DNA from: an uncultured Bifidobacteriaceae bacterium
GTDB lineage: Bacteria; Acidobacteriota; Vicinamibacteria; Vicinamibacterales; UBA2999
NCBI GenBank assembly: GCA_964372085.1
Contig: CAYJPQ010000004.1
Location: forward strand, 22,247 to 86,246
Length of the DNA: 64,000 nt
Direction of reading: 5' to 3'
Both the position numbers and the translations under genes were made by a program. This document shows, in pieces, positions 24,861-34,849 of this stretch (position 1 is its first letter; each line of letters starts with the position of its first letter). Below the pieces are notes generated by a model. The model was not told the DNA's origin, ran no database searches, and saw nothing but the letters and a program-made list of their open reading frames with translations.

Positions 24861-26036
24861 TTAGCGACTGGCCCGCGACAATACGCCGCCGACCACTTCA
24901 CAGATCCGACCGATATCTCCCGGGGTTAGCGTGGGATGCACTAGGAACGTCACGCTGGTTTCACCGAGGCGCCGCGCAACCGGCAGGCGCTCCGAGGGCT
25001 GCCAGCCTGTGTCGTTGAATGCCTTCTCCAAGTACACCTCTGGGCAGCTGCCTGGATAGCAGGGCACGCCTTGGGTCGCAATCTCTTCAAGAATTCGGTC
25101 TCGGCTCCATCCGTCAGCGAGACATTGTGGCTCCACAAACACATACAGCCTATACCACGCGTGCGTGACATCCGGAGGAACCTGCGGCACACGTACCACA
25201 GGGTATTGGCGACACACTTCGGAAATGCGCTCGGCGTTCGACGCGCGGGCCGCCCCCCACTCGGCCATGCGCTTGAGTTGAATCCGGCCGATCGCCGCCT
25301 GCAATTCGAGCATCCGCCCGTTCGTTCCGAATGATTCGTGTACCCAACGAAAACCGGGCGGATGTTGTCGCTCGTGGACCGCCTCCCATGACTTGCCGTG
25401 CTCTTTCGCACTCCACATGCGCAACCAAAGCGCGCGATCATTCGTGGTCAGCATTCCGCCTTCCCCGCCGGTCGTGATGATCTTGTCCTGACAGAACGAC
25501 CACGCACCAACTTGACCCATGGACCCCACCGACCGGCCCTTGTAAGCGGCACCGACCGCTTGGGCACAGTCCTCGATGACCTTCAACCCGTAATCGTCGG
25601 CCACGGCCAGAATTGGATCCAGATCGCAAGGCCACCCTGCGAGGTGCACACACAGCACTGCCCGAGTTCGTGGGGTCAGCACGGCTCGAATTGTCTCCGC
25701 CGTGATGTTCTGGGAATCCGAGTCGACCTCGGCGAACACGGGCCTCGCCCCGGCCATTGCGACGGACGATGCGGAGGCCAAGAATGTTCGTGGCGTGACG
25801 ATCACCTCGTCCCCAGGACCAATGTCCAGAGCCTTCAGCGCGAGCTCAAGAGCCACGGTACCGTTGGCCACGGCAATTGCGTGCCTGCAACCAGTGTAGT
25901 CCGCAAACTCCCGCTCGAAGGCCTGGCATTCATCGCCCGTCCAGTAGTTCACTCTGTTCGACAGCAATACTGTGGAAACGGCTTCGGCTTCCTCATGCGT
26001 GAAACTGGGCCATGGCGGTAATAGTGTGTTTAGCAT
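24861..26036 (-). CDS. DegT-family aminotransferase, PglE/WbpE-like (UDP-4-keto-6-deoxy-HexNAc aminotransferase type)
   Basis: Contains AIAVANGTVALELAL and the PLP-lysine context SFCQDKIITTGEGG. It is syntenic with PglD- and PglC-like genes. Confidence 0.85.
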   Translation of the reverse strand: MLNTLLPPWPSFTHEEAEAVSTVLLSNRVNYWTGDECQAFEREFADYTGCRHAIAVANGTVALELALKALDIGPGDEVIVTPRTFLASASSVAMAGARPVFAEVDSDSQNITAETIRAVLTPRTRAVLCVHLAGWPCDLDPILAVADDYGLKVIEDCAQAVGAAYKGRSVGSMGQVGAWSFCQDKIITTGGEGGMLTTNDRALWLRMWSAKEHGKSWEAVHERQHPPGFRWVHESFGTNGRMLELQAAIGRIQLKRMAEWGAARASNAERISEVCRQYPVVRVPQVPPDVTHAWYRLYVFVEPQCLADGWSRDRILEEIATQGVPCYPGSCPEVYLEKAFNDTGWQPSERLPVARRLGETSVTFLVHPTLTPGDIGRICEVVGGVLSRASR

Positions 26037-26120
26037 GTTTGGTCATCGAAACGGAGAAAGCGCACGGTGACGCAAGAGCCCACAGGCGTAACCCAGGCTC
26101 GCCGGTCTCCGCTGCGCCGC

Positions 26121-26762
26121 CTATCGAGGAGAATCATCGCGTCCAGTCTTTCGCAGGACCTGTGCAGGCACGCCCACCGCGGTTGCCCGCGATGGAATAT
26201 CGGTGGTGACCACGCCTCCTGCGCCAACGGTCGCCCAGGCTCCCACTTGAGAACCGGGAATGGCACAGCTGCCGACCCCCATGAACGCCCCTTGGTCCAG
26301 CTTCACGTTACCTGCCAGGTGGACACCCGGTGCGACGTGGACGAAATCAGATAGCACACAGTCATGATCGATCGATGCACTGGTGTTGACTATGACGTGC
26401 CGGCCAATCGTCACGCCAGGCTGGATGACGGCACCTGCAAAAACGACGGATCCCGCGCCGATCACAGCCGACCTGTGCACGACGGCTGAAGGATGCACAA
26501 CGACGCCGAATGTCACGGGAAGGCGTGCGGCAAGGGCCCTGCGAGCCTGATTCGATCCCAAGGCGAGGACAACTGATGCCCCGGAAGGAATCAGTTCGAC
26601 GGCAATCGGCCCTTCGATGGCGTATCCGAGGAGACGCTGGCCATGAAGGTCGGCCTCGTCATCGAGCACTCGGACGATTTCGGATCCGGACGCTTCGATG
26701 GTCGCGATGACGACCTTGGCATGGCCCCCGGCCCCGATGACGACGAACTGGGGCGGTCTCAT
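26121..26762 (-). CDS. PglD/NeuD-family hexapeptide-repeat sugar N-acetyltransferase
   Basis: The N-terminal Rossmann-like FVVIGAGGHAKVV is followed by left-handed beta-helix repeats (..IGAGSVV.., ..IGRHVIV.., ..VGAGGVV..). Confidence 0.85.
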   Translation of the reverse strand: MRPPQFVVIGAGGHAKVVIATIEASGSEIVRVLDDEADLHGQRLLGYAIEGPIAVELIPSGASVVLALGSNQARRALAARLPVTFGVVVHPSAVVHRSAVIGAGSVVFAGAVIQPGVTIGRHVIVNTSASIDHDCVLSDFVHVAPGVHLAGNVKLDQGAFMGVGSCAIPGSQVGAWATVGAGGVVTTDIPSRATAVGVPAQVLRKTGRDDSPR

Positions 26763-27367
26763 TTTCCGCTTCCCCTGAATTCCGGCATCGTGACGTGGCG
26801 GTCGGCCGAAATATGTTCTTGCTTGATGACGCTGGCAACAGTGTATAGAAGAATTCGGACGTCCAAAGCGAGCGAGAGATTATCGACGTACCAAACATCA
26901 AGCCGGAATCTTTCATCCCATGACACGGCATTCCGGCCATTGACCTGCGCCCATCCGGAGATCCCAGGCCGCACCTCGTGTCGTCGCGCTTGGTCAGGTG
27001 AATACAAGGGCAGGTAAGTCGTCAACAACGGACGTGGGCCCACCAAACTCATGTCTCCCTTGAGCACATTCCACAACTCGGGCAGTTCATCCAGGCTGGT
27101 CCTGCGCAGGAATCGACCGAGGGGCGTCAGCCGATCCACATCGGGTAGCGGGCATCCATTGGCATCGCGCGCACTGGTCATCGTCCGGAATTTGTATATT
27201 GTGAATGGCCTGCCGCTGAGCCCAGGCCGCTGTTGAGTGAAAAGAGTTGGCGCGCCGAAGCCCCTCCCGACCAGAACAAACACGACCACAAACAATGGCG
27301 AGAGGACCATCAAACCGGACAGCGCCAGGAGGACATCAACGGTACGCTTTCCCCACGTTCGGTACAT
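26759..27367 (-). CDS. Small monotopic phosphoglycosyl transferase (PglC-like sugar transferase)
   Basis: 202 aa with a single N-terminal membrane segment, plus KFRTM, LVGPRP and GISGWAQV. It has an ATGA overlap with the downstream acetyltransferase gene. Confidence 0.9.
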   Translation of the reverse strand: MYRTWGKRTVDVLLALSGLMVLSPLFVVVFVLVGRGFGAPTLFTQQRPGLSGRPFTIYKFRTMTSARDANGCPLPDVDRLTPLGRFLRRTSLDELPELWNVLKGDMSLVGPRPLLTTYLPLYSPDQARRHEVRPGISGWAQVNGRNAVSWDERFRLDVWYVDNLSLALDVRILLYTVASVIKQEHISADRHVTMPEFRGSGK

Positions 27368-27385
27368 AACGGACCCAGCAATATC

Positions 27386-28498
27386 CTACAGTGCCATCAG
27401 CGCGATCATCTCGCGGTTGACCTTGGCGACATCGAAGCGCTCCTCGGCGATCGCGCGGCTCCGAGCTCCCATTCGTCGCCACTCCTCTGGATGCTCTATG
27501 AACCAAATCATGCGTTCAGCAAGTGCCTCGGCATCCGCCTTAAGGACCAAGAAGCCGTTCTCGCCAGGATTAACGGTCTCGCGACATCCGGGGACGTCGG
27601 TCGTCAGGATTGGTCGTCCCGTCGCCATGGCCTCGAGCACCGTTCGCGGCATGCCTTCGTGATACGAAGCCAGGACGAACACATGACAGTCTCGGAGCAC
27701 GGAACGCACATCGTCGGTGGGCTCAACCTGCTCGATCCAGCCGCGTGCCTCCCACTCACATACCTCAGCCAGGGAAATGGCATCCGGAGACGGGTCGTCG
27801 AGACCGAGCAGGCGGAACACGGCTCTGGGATAAATGCTCTTCACGCGCCTCGCGGCCTCGGCGTAAATGCGGAACCCTTTTTCTCCCAATCGCCGCCCTA
27901 TGGTGAGGAACACGACCCCAGTCGGAGGCAACGGCTGGAGGCAGAAGCGCTCGAGGTGGACACCCGAGCCGGCAACGACCGCGCACTTCTCGATCGGCAC
28001 GATTCGCCGCCTCACGAACTCGTCGCGATTATCGGGGTTCTGGAAGACCACACGGGTTGCCCTTGCCAAGCCGGCTCGATAGAGCCACGCCACGACTCGC
28101 GCGAGGAATCTGCGACTGACCGTGCCGCCTTGGAATGCAAATCCCAACCCGGTGACCAGCGCATAGAAACGGATGGCCGGCATGCCCCGCAGCGCGAACC
28201 CGGTCCAGATGATGGGCTTGATCGTGTACGCAAGAACGACGTCCGGGGCCAGTTCTCGCATATAACGGCACAATGCGAAGTACGTCTGTAGATCCCTCAG
28301 CGGATTCAATCCATTCCGCTGGACCGGAAAAGCCCGGAAGCTTGCGCCAACGCTCGCCAGTCGAGCGACTTGGACTGGTTCCGCGTCCGAGGCCATCCCG
28401 ACTACTTCATGGCCAGAAGCAACCAACGCCGCGATCAGGTCACCCCGGAAATTGACGAGGGATTGCGGCGCGGCGCCGACCACAGCGACGCGACTCAA
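27386..28498 (-). CDS. GT4-family glycosyltransferase (PglA-like position)
   Basis: Contains ..LVNFRGDLIAALVASGHEV.. and HEGMPRTVLEAMATGRPILTTDVPGCRETV. The TTG start gives a TTGA overlap with the upstream stop. Confidence 0.88.
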   Translation of the reverse strand: MSRVAVVGAAPQSLVNFRGDLIAALVASGHEVVGMASDAEPVQVARLASVGASFRAFPVQRNGLNPLRDLQTYFALCRYMRELAPDVVLAYTIKPIIWTGFALRGMPAIRFYALVTGLGFAFQGGTVSRRFLARVVAWLYRAGLARATRVVFQNPDNRDEFVRRRIVPIEKCAVVAGSGVHLERFCLQPLPPTGVVFLTIGRRLGEKGFRIYAEAARRVKSIYPRAVFRLLGLDDPSPDAISLAEVCEWEARGWIEQVEPTDDVRSVLRDCHVFVLASYHEGMPRTVLEAMATGRPILTTDVPGCRETVNPGENGFLVLKADAEALAERMIWFIEHPEEWRRMGARSRAIAEERFDVAKVNREMIALMAL

Positions 28499-30492
28499 GT
28501 GCGATTTCCTGTGCGTTCGGTCTCGAGCCAGCCTTGAAACATCAACACATTCCAGAGGTGGGGCGCCCAGTTACGACGGCCCGACAGGTGCTCGTGCCAC
28601 CGGCGTCGAATCGGCGCCGGATGGAAGTAGCCCTGCTGGGTCAGACGCGACTCATCGAGAAGCTCTTCCGCCCAGGCTCGAAGGGGTCCTCTGAGCCAAG
28701 CACCCAGTGGCACGCCAAAACCCATCTTCGGCCGATCAATCAATTCCTTCGGCACGTATTTGTACAGCACCTGTCGGAGAATCCACTTGTTCTGGCCGTG
28801 GCGAAGTTTCATTGACAGCGGCAAGCGCCAGGCACAGCTCACGACGCTTGGATCCAGAAACGGCACGCGGGTCTCGAGACTTGTCGCCATCGCTGCCCTG
28901 TCGACCTTGACCAGAATATCGTCTGGCAGATAACTCAGTGTGTCAGCGGCCATCATGCCTTCGATGAAAGTCCCAATGCTGGCTCCGTACGCATTGGTCA
29001 GGGCGGTCTCAGGGTCCGCGCCTCCGATGACCACACTCTCTATTTTTCTCCAGTGAGACACGAACTCCCGATAAAACGTCTCGGCCGATCCGGCGGCGAG
29101 CACCTCGGACAGCTTCAGCAACTTGTCGCCCGCGTTCCATTGGCGATAACGCCTCGGTAGCACCGCTAGCATCGGAGTCAGTAGCAGATTCCACGCGCCC
29201 GCGGGAACGCCTGAGAGCGCGCGTGCCACATTCGAGCGGAGGGGGACCGGGATACGGTGCAGCCACCGCCACAGGCGGTCGGCCTGAACATAGCGGTCAT
29301 AGCCGCAGAACAACTCGTCGCCGCCATCGCCCGACAGCGACACCGTGACGTGCTGACGCGCCAATACCGATAGCAAATATGTCGGAATTTGCGAAGAATC
29401 GGCAAACGGTTCATCGTAAATCTGCGGCAGCGTCGGGATGACTTGCATTGCCTGGCCGGGTGTCACATACAACTCGACGTGAGCTGTTCCAAGGTGGCGC
29501 GCCACGGCCTTCGAATGAGTAGCCTCGTCGTAGCGACCTTCGTGGAAGCCAATCGCAAACGTCTGCACTGGACGAGATGAGTGGGCCTGCATCAGCGCCA
29601 CGACCAACGACGAATCCACTCCCCCGGAAAGAAAAGCCCCCAAGGGCACGTCAGTCATCATCTGACGCTGCACGGCCTCATGCAGCAGACGGTCCAGGGC
29701 GGTGGTCGCCTCGGAGTCATCGCCGGCAAAACGATGCTCCAGTCCATCCCGAATCATCTCGCTGGCCAACCAGTAGGCCTGAGGCTCAGGCTGGGCCGGG
29801 GCTACCGCCCTGGCCTCGCTATCGAATTTGACGAAAGTCCCGGGCGGTAACTTGAGAATGCCCGAGTAAATCGAGTAGGGCGCCGGAATATAGTTGTGCC
29901 GCAGTAGCAGGCTCACTGCCCGTCGGTCGATGTCCCCGACAAAGGCGGGGTGGGCCTTGAGTGCGCTTAACTCGGACCCAAAGAGCAGCACGCCATTATT
30001 CCGGCCGTAATAGAGAGGCTTTTCTCCCAGCCGGTCTCGCGCCAGCGTGAGCACTCTTTGTTCGCGATCCCAGACCGCGAAGGCGAACATCCCGACAGCC
30101 TTCTCAAGGGTTGTCTTCACGCCCCAACACGAGAACCCCGTCAGAAGGGTCTCGGTATCTGATCGGCCACGCCAAGCGTGAGTTGCATTCTCTCGGTCCG
30201 GGATCCGGTACCCATCAAGCTCGCGGCGCAGCTCCAGATGATTGTAGATTTCCCCGTTGAACGCGATGACAAACCGCCCACAACACGACACCATGGGCTG
30301 ATGGCCGGCCGACGAAAGCTCCACGACGCTCAAACGGCGGTGACCAAGCCCGATGCCCGTACTCGCATCGACCCACTCGCCCCCGTCGTCAGGTCCGCGA
30401 TGACGGATCGCGTCAGCCATGCGGCGCGCGAGGGCCGCGCAATGAGCGTCCTGTACTCCCGTTGGGCCGACGAATCCGGCGATGCCGCACAT
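28495..30492 (-). CDS. Asparagine synthase family amidotransferase, paralog 2
   Basis: Has the MCGIAG N-terminus and the PP-loop SGGVDS. Length is 665 aa. Confidence 0.9.
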   Translation of the reverse strand: MCGIAGFVGPTGVQDAHCAALARRMADAIRHRGPDDGGEWVDASTGIGLGHRRLSVVELSSAGHQPMVSCCGRFVIAFNGEIYNHLELRRELDGYRIPDRENATHAWRGRSDTETLLTGFSCWGVKTTLEKAVGMFAFAVWDREQRVLTLARDRLGEKPLYYGRNNGVLLFGSELSALKAHPAFVGDIDRRAVSLLLRHNYIPAPYSIYSGILKLPPGTFVKFDSEARAVAPAQPEPQAYWLASEMIRDGLEHRFAGDDSEATTALDRLLHEAVQRQMMTDVPLGAFLSGGVDSSLVVALMQAHSSRPVQTFAIGFHEGRYDEATHSKAVARHLGTAHVELYVTPGQAMQVIPTLPQIYDEPFADSSQIPTYLLSVLARQHVTVSLSGDGGDELFCGYDRYVQADRLWRWLHRIPVPLRSNVARALSGVPAGAWNLLLTPMLAVLPRRYRQWNAGDKLLKLSEVLAAGSAETFYREFVSHWRKIESVVIGGADPETALTNAYGASIGTFIEGMMAADTLSYLPDDILVKVDRAAMATSLETRVPFLDPSVVSCAWRLPLSMKLRHGQNKWILRQVLYKYVPKELIDRPKMGFGVPLGAWLRGPLRAWAEELLDESRLTQQGYFHPAPIRRRWHEHLSGRRNWAPHLWNVLMFQGWLETERTGNRT

Positions 30493-30527
30493 ACAAGCTT
30501 CCTCGGCTCGTGGGTCAGACGTCCGAG

Positions 30528-31544
30528 TCAGGAAACACTGCTCTCCGTGTTCTGCTCTTTGAGGAACAATATGTTTTCTTCCAGCGCTCTCTTCTCGATC
30601 CCATATCTGACGAGACTGCCGATCTGGACATAGCCATAGCTGCCCAGGAGCTCGCGAGTCTGTTCGTAAATGGACTTGTTGTATTCGACGATGACAGCCG
30701 GGCCGGACTGCCTGAGTATCTTGTCGGCCCCCTTCAGCACGTCGAACTCCATTCCCTCCACATCCAATTTCATGAGCTTCACCCGATCCCAGCCAAACCC
30801 ATCCTCCGCCAGCACCTGATCAAGACTCTTGCACTTCACTTGAATCCTTCGTATCGCTCGCTCCCAACTGCTCATGCTCGCTGTCCCGGGATTGTGATAG
30901 CCGCGCGGCTCCGCTGCGTAGGGCAATCCCAGTTCAAGAATGCACTCGCGATCACTCAGGCCGATTGGATACACGTGGACATCGGCATAGTTATTGAGGG
31001 CCAGATTCCTCCGGAGCTTATTGACCATATCGGGGTTCGCTTCGAAAGCAAGGACGTCGACTTCCCGACTTGTTCTGGATGCCGCCATTACCAGCGTGTG
31101 AAGGCCAATGTTGGCACCAACGTCAATAACCAGTCCGTTTGTCGTGTTAGAAATGTGCTGCGCGATGAATCTCTGGGTTCCAATTTCGTACCTGCCAAAA
31201 CACAGCACGCCGCGTTCGTGATAGTTGTTCGTGTCAATGTCATAGAAGATGCCGTCGATCTGCACGGCAGCCTTGATATGGACACCCAGGATCTCGAACA
31301 CCTTGTCTCTTAGTTTGTACAGGCGACCTGGGAGGAACCTCCGGGAGAACCGGAACATCTCGTGGATGAGTGCGTTTCCCAGGCTCATATCAGCGCTCCA
31401 TCCCTGTACGGGTTCGCGCGCCTGGTCGATTGCCGGCTCATTCCACTGAACGAAGGGCACGACGACCGGGCGCGCACAGTCAATTGGATGATGAATCCGA
31501 CTCTGGTCAACTCGGCCGCGAGAAAACAAACTCGTTGCAGCCAT
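30528..31544 (-). CDS. FkbM-family SAM-dependent methyltransferase
   Basis: Contains GLVIDVGANIG..LAFEANP..MKLDVEGMEFDVL. The start is uncertain: candidates are 31631, 31544 and 31388. The first 29 codons of the track ORF look like out-of-frame junk. Confidence 0.8.
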   Translation of the reverse strand: MAATSLFSRGRVDQSRIHHPIDCARPVVVPFVQWNEPAIDQAREPVQGWSADMSLGNALIHEMFRFSRRFLPGRLYKLRDKVFEILGVHIKAAVQIDGIFYDIDTNNYHERGVLCFGRYEIGTQRFIAQHISNTTNGLVIDVGANIGLHTLVMAASRTSREVDVLAFEANPDMVNKLRRNLALNNYADVHVYPIGLSDRECILELGLPYAAEPRGYHNPGTASMSSWERAIRRIQVKCKSLDQVLAEDGFGWDRVKLMKLDVEGMEFDVLKGADKILRQSGPAVIVEYNKSIYEQTRELLGSYGYVQIGSLVRYGIEKRALEENILFLKEQNTESSVS

Positions 31545-32319
31545 GTCGGCCACCGCACGTCTTGAGAACTTCCAGCTGAAGTTCAAAGGCCCGGACGAAC
31601 TTGAACACCGCCTCCGGTTGTGCGGGCTCAAACGGCCAGCCCCCTATCCAGTCCGCGACGTCATAGTAGATCCGCATGCCGCGTCGGCCCCGCCCAGAGT
31701 ACCTTCGCAGCGGGCTGCGCCCTCGCAGTGCGTCGGCGATGGCCAGAGCAACGACAAAGAACCCAAAGTAGGTCCAATGCATCAATCGGCGGACGAACCG
31801 GGGAGACCAGTTATAGGTCCGCTTGACCACGCTCCAATAGCCGGACAGCCAAGGCTGATAGTTGTAGATCGCAATAAACAGCAGGCCCCCCGGTGCGACC
31901 ACTGGGAGCACATTGCTCAGCGCCGTCCACAGCGCGCCTGTATGGTGAAGCACACCCCAGGAGTAGACGACATCGAATCGCCCGAGCTGCTCAACGTACT
32001 GGCGGTCCAGGACCGATCCCCGTTCGACTCGCCACCTGTCATCGTTGGGATAAAAGCGCTCCCGCAGAACAGCCGTGCAGGCGACCGACTCTTCGTCATA
32101 GTCGAACGAGTGCACGACGGCGCCCAACCGGCGCGCCGCAAGGGAGAATAGTCCGCTCCCAGAACCGACATCCAGAAACGAACGACCCGTGAGATCGGTG
32201 ACGCCCAGCATCTGACAAAGCGACTGCTCCGCTTCTCGGATTCGCTCCTCGGTAAGCGTCTTCAGGAACCGTCGCCAATTGGCGCCGAACTCGAACCGTA
32301 ACTCGGGCGAAGACATCAC
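31507..32319 (-). CDS. Class I SAM-dependent methyltransferase
   Basis: Motif I is FLDVGSGSGLFS and a C-terminal TM-like segment follows. The junction with the upstream stop is GTGATG. Confidence 0.85.
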   Translation of the reverse strand: MMSSPELRFEFGANWRRFLKTLTEERIREAEQSLCQMLGVTDLTGRSFLDVGSGSGLFSLAARRLGAVVHSFDYDEESVACTAVLRERFYPNDDRWRVERGSVLDRQYVEQLGRFDVVYSWGVLHHTGALWTALSNVLPVVAPGGLLFIAIYNYQPWLSGYWSVVKRTYNWSPRFVRRLMHWTYFGFFVVALAIADALRGRSPLRRYSGRGRRGMRIYYDVADWIGGWPFEPAQPEAVFKFVRAFELQLEVLKTCGGRHGCNEFVFSRPS

Positions 32320-33512
32320 GAGAGTGTATCGCGGGAACTGCGCATCACCGCGTCGTATAGCTCCTGGTACTCGTCGGCGATTGACTGGAGAGAAAAGTTC
32401 TGAGCGATACGCGCGCGGGCGCGGTCACCCCGACCTGCTCTCGCCTGCGGGCTTTCACACAATATGCGGGTGATCCCCTCGGCAAGCTCGCTCGGTCGGC
32501 GAGGAGGCACGGTAATTCCGGTGTCGCCGACGATGTGGGCGGACTCTCCGACGTCGGACACCACGCACGGAACACCGCAAGCCATCGCTTCGCCGATGAC
32601 ATTCATGAAGCCTTCGCCGAAGGCCGAAGACGAAACGACAATATCGAGCGCCGGCAGCCATCGGTGCACGTCACGACGCTCCCCGAGCAAACGCACGCGG
32701 TCACCGAGGCCATACGTCGCCACCTGGCCGGCGAGGGTCTCGTTGGAATCGTCGACACCCATTCCCGCAAGGACAAACCGGGCCTCAGGGTGCGTTTTCG
32801 CCACCCGATCCGCAGCAGCAAGGAAGGTAGCGTGGTCCTTCATCGGGCTGAAATGCGCTATGTGCCCGATGAGCAAGGCGGTCTCGGGAAAGCCCAGCTC
32901 GTTCCGCAGTTCGGCGCGGGCCTCCGGACGAGGAGCGAACTGCATCAGGTCGAAACCGTTATGGATGAGTTTTCGCGACCGTTTGACAAAGCCGAGTTGC
33001 TCGTGCCGCTCTGCGCTGCGTGAGGAGTTGTAAACAATGGCGGTCACTCGCGAGGAAAGCCTCGCACTCAGCCACACGGCAGCCGACGTGCGCACATTTT
33101 CCTCGTCGAATTCACCGGGGGTGTGACGCACGTTCCAGATCAGTGGACACGTCAGGCCGGCCATTGTTCGGCCGATCTGCGCGGCGAGGTTTCCATGGTA
33201 CATCCACCCCTGCAGCACGTCGGGAGGATCGTCCCGCAGGATCCGACGAAGCCGGTTGAGCGCGGCGAGTGAAGGAATTCCCCGCCGACACCCCATTGCG
33301 TCGACGGGAATACCCAGCTTGCGAAGGGGGGCGGCAATGGTTCCTTCACCCATCAACGACACCACGCGGGAGGTGTAGCGCGAGGTGTCCATTGAGGCCA
33401 GAAGCTTGAGCAACATTCGCTCGGCACCACCAGCCTGGAGATGCGTGATCACGTGAGTGACGCGACGTGCCGCCAATGCGACGGGCGTGGACGCTCCTGC
33501 ATCCCTGTGCAT
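32316..33512 (-). CDS. GT4-family glycosyltransferase
   Basis: Contains VTHVITHLQAGGAERML.. and GFMNVIGEAMACGVPCVVSDVGESAHIV. I set the start at ATG 33512 because the 82 upstream codons of the track ORF overlap the Wzy-like gene and look non-coding. Confidence 0.88.
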   Translation of the reverse strand: MHRDAGASTPVALAARRVTHVITHLQAGGAERMLLKLLASMDTSRYTSRVVSLMGEGTIAAPLRKLGIPVDAMGCRRGIPSLAALNRLRRILRDDPPDVLQGWMYHGNLAAQIGRTMAGLTCPLIWNVRHTPGEFDEENVRTSAAVWLSARLSSRVTAIVYNSSRSAERHEQLGFVKRSRKLIHNGFDLMQFAPRPEARAELRNELGFPETALLIGHIAHFSPMKDHATFLAAADRVAKTHPEARFVLAGMGVDDSNETLAGQVATYGLGDRVRLLGERRDVHRWLPALDIVVSSSAFGEGFMNVIGEAMACGVPCVVSDVGESAHIVGDTGITVPPRRPSELAEGITRILCESPQARAGRGDRARARIAQNFSLQSIADEYQELYDAVMRSSRDTLS

Positions 33513-33595
33513 GCGAGTTATCGTAACGGCCACGCGATCGGACAGGACCGTGAGCGTGACCGTTGACGGTCCGAACGTTGGCGGATCATGCGTGG

Positions 33596-34849
33596 CTATG
33601 CCGCCTTCGCGCTGACCGACGCGCGGCTCGAAGTCGGAGTGCCCACCTTCGAACGCTGCCTCTGGCGTGATGCTCCGATGAATAACACGTAGCTGATCGC
33701 GATCATGAAGAGATAGTTGGAACTGGTTAACGAAAAGAAACCGAACGGCAACACGCAAGGAGCCAAGATCACAAACGTCTCACGATTGCGGCGATACAGC
33801 CGAAGCACCCAGCCCAGAAGCACCGCATACCCGACGACTCCCCATGACACAAGAAGGTCGATATGTATGCTATGGGGTCTGCTGAAATCCCGCACCCTGA
33901 GTCTCAGCTCATCCATCACCGACCCCCAACCGGTTCCAAACAGCACGTTCGGCAGGTTGGTCCAGGTAAACCACCCGGAGACTACAGCGCCCCAGATCTC
34001 AAGGTAACCGACGATGCCGTACACGGACAGGAAGTCCCACAGTTCAGGAGAGCTCCTGTCAGTCACCAGCAAGCGAAGCCCGACGTAGAGAGCGGCAACC
34101 CTGTTCGACGTCAACGGATCGACGGCTGTGACGACCATCATTGGCGCAAGCGCGCAACCGATGGCCAGGACCCGATAGCGGGTTCGGAAGGGCGCAAACA
34201 ACAGAACCGCCAACAGAGACTGCACCACCGGCGCCCTATCGTTCGCAACGAACAGCGTGACTGCAAACACGGCCACGAGCAGCAACTTCAGCCACGTCCG
34301 CTTGATATAAAACCACGGCAATACCAACACGAAGCTCAGGAAGGCACCGAACGTCGGCGCACCGAAGTAGAACGGCCCCCAGATTCGATTATTCCGTGGT
34401 GAAAAGCCGAACCAATCCACTCCGGTTGCATACTGGTAGAGCACGTCTGCGCAATAGAATAGTGCGATGGCGATTACGCCTTTCGCCAGCGGGCCCGTGC
34501 GGACGTCTCTGGCCCACACCGCCATGAAGATAAAGCTGATGAGGCCGCCCAGTTCTTTGGCGTAGTCGAATGACAACACCCGCAACATCGAGATCAGGGT
34601 GTGCAGGCCGATAATCATCGAGAGAATCAGCGCGTTTCTTAGCTGAAGCTGTGACGAAGCCTTCAACGACGCTGAGATTGCGCAGAGACACCCGGTCCCG
34701 AAGAGGAGCAGTCGACACAGCAGGCTGAACAACGTCGAGAAGTCGGTGACGGCGAACGGCAGGGTTCCCACCAGAAAGACGAGCAACCCCGTAATCAGGT
34801 TGTCCAGTTCCCGAGTAGGCCCATGGGACCGCGCAGTCGACTCAGCCAT
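33596..34849 (-). CDS. Wzy-like (O-antigen polymerase/ligase-type) polytopic membrane protein
   Basis: About 10 TM segments with no soluble domain. Starting at ATG 34849 gives an 8-nt overlap (ATGGCTGA) with the upstream stop. Confidence 0.55.
   Translation of the reverse strand: MAESTARSHGPTRELDNLITGLLVFLVGTLPFAVTDFSTLFSLLCRLLLFGTGCLCAISASLKASSQLQLRNALILSMIIGLHTLISMLRVLSFDYAKELGGLISFIFMAVWARDVRTGPLAKGVIAIALFYCADVLYQYATGVDWFGFSPRNNRIWGPFYFGAPTFGAFLSFVLVLPWFYIKRTWLKLLLVAVFAVTLFVANDRAPVVQSLLAVLLFAPFRTRYRVLAIGCALAPMMVVTAVDPLTSNRVAALYVGLRLLVTDRSSPELWDFLSVYGIVGYLEIWGAVVSGWFTWTNLPNVLFGTGWGSVMDELRLRVRDFSRPHSIHIDLLVSWGVVGYAVLLGWVLRLYRRNRETFVILAPCVLPFGFFSLTSSNYLFMIAISYVLFIGASRQRQRSKVGTPTSSRASVSAKAA

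Noticed and set aside
4275-28291. Other long antisense or out-of-frame ORFs (for example 4275..5450 +, 7734..9254 -, 12691..13890 +, 18716..19822 +, 27233..28291 +)
   Set aside because: Each overlaps a gene with clear family motifs on the other strand or frame, and each has R/G/P/H-rich, motif-free translations typical of GC-rich shadow frames.
33545-33572. Palindromes GGACCGT..ACGGTCC and GACCGTTGACGGTC in the Wzy/GT4 spacer
   Set aside because: Arms of 6-7 bp are expected many times by chance in 64 kb of GC-rich DNA. There is no adjacent regulator gene to give them context.
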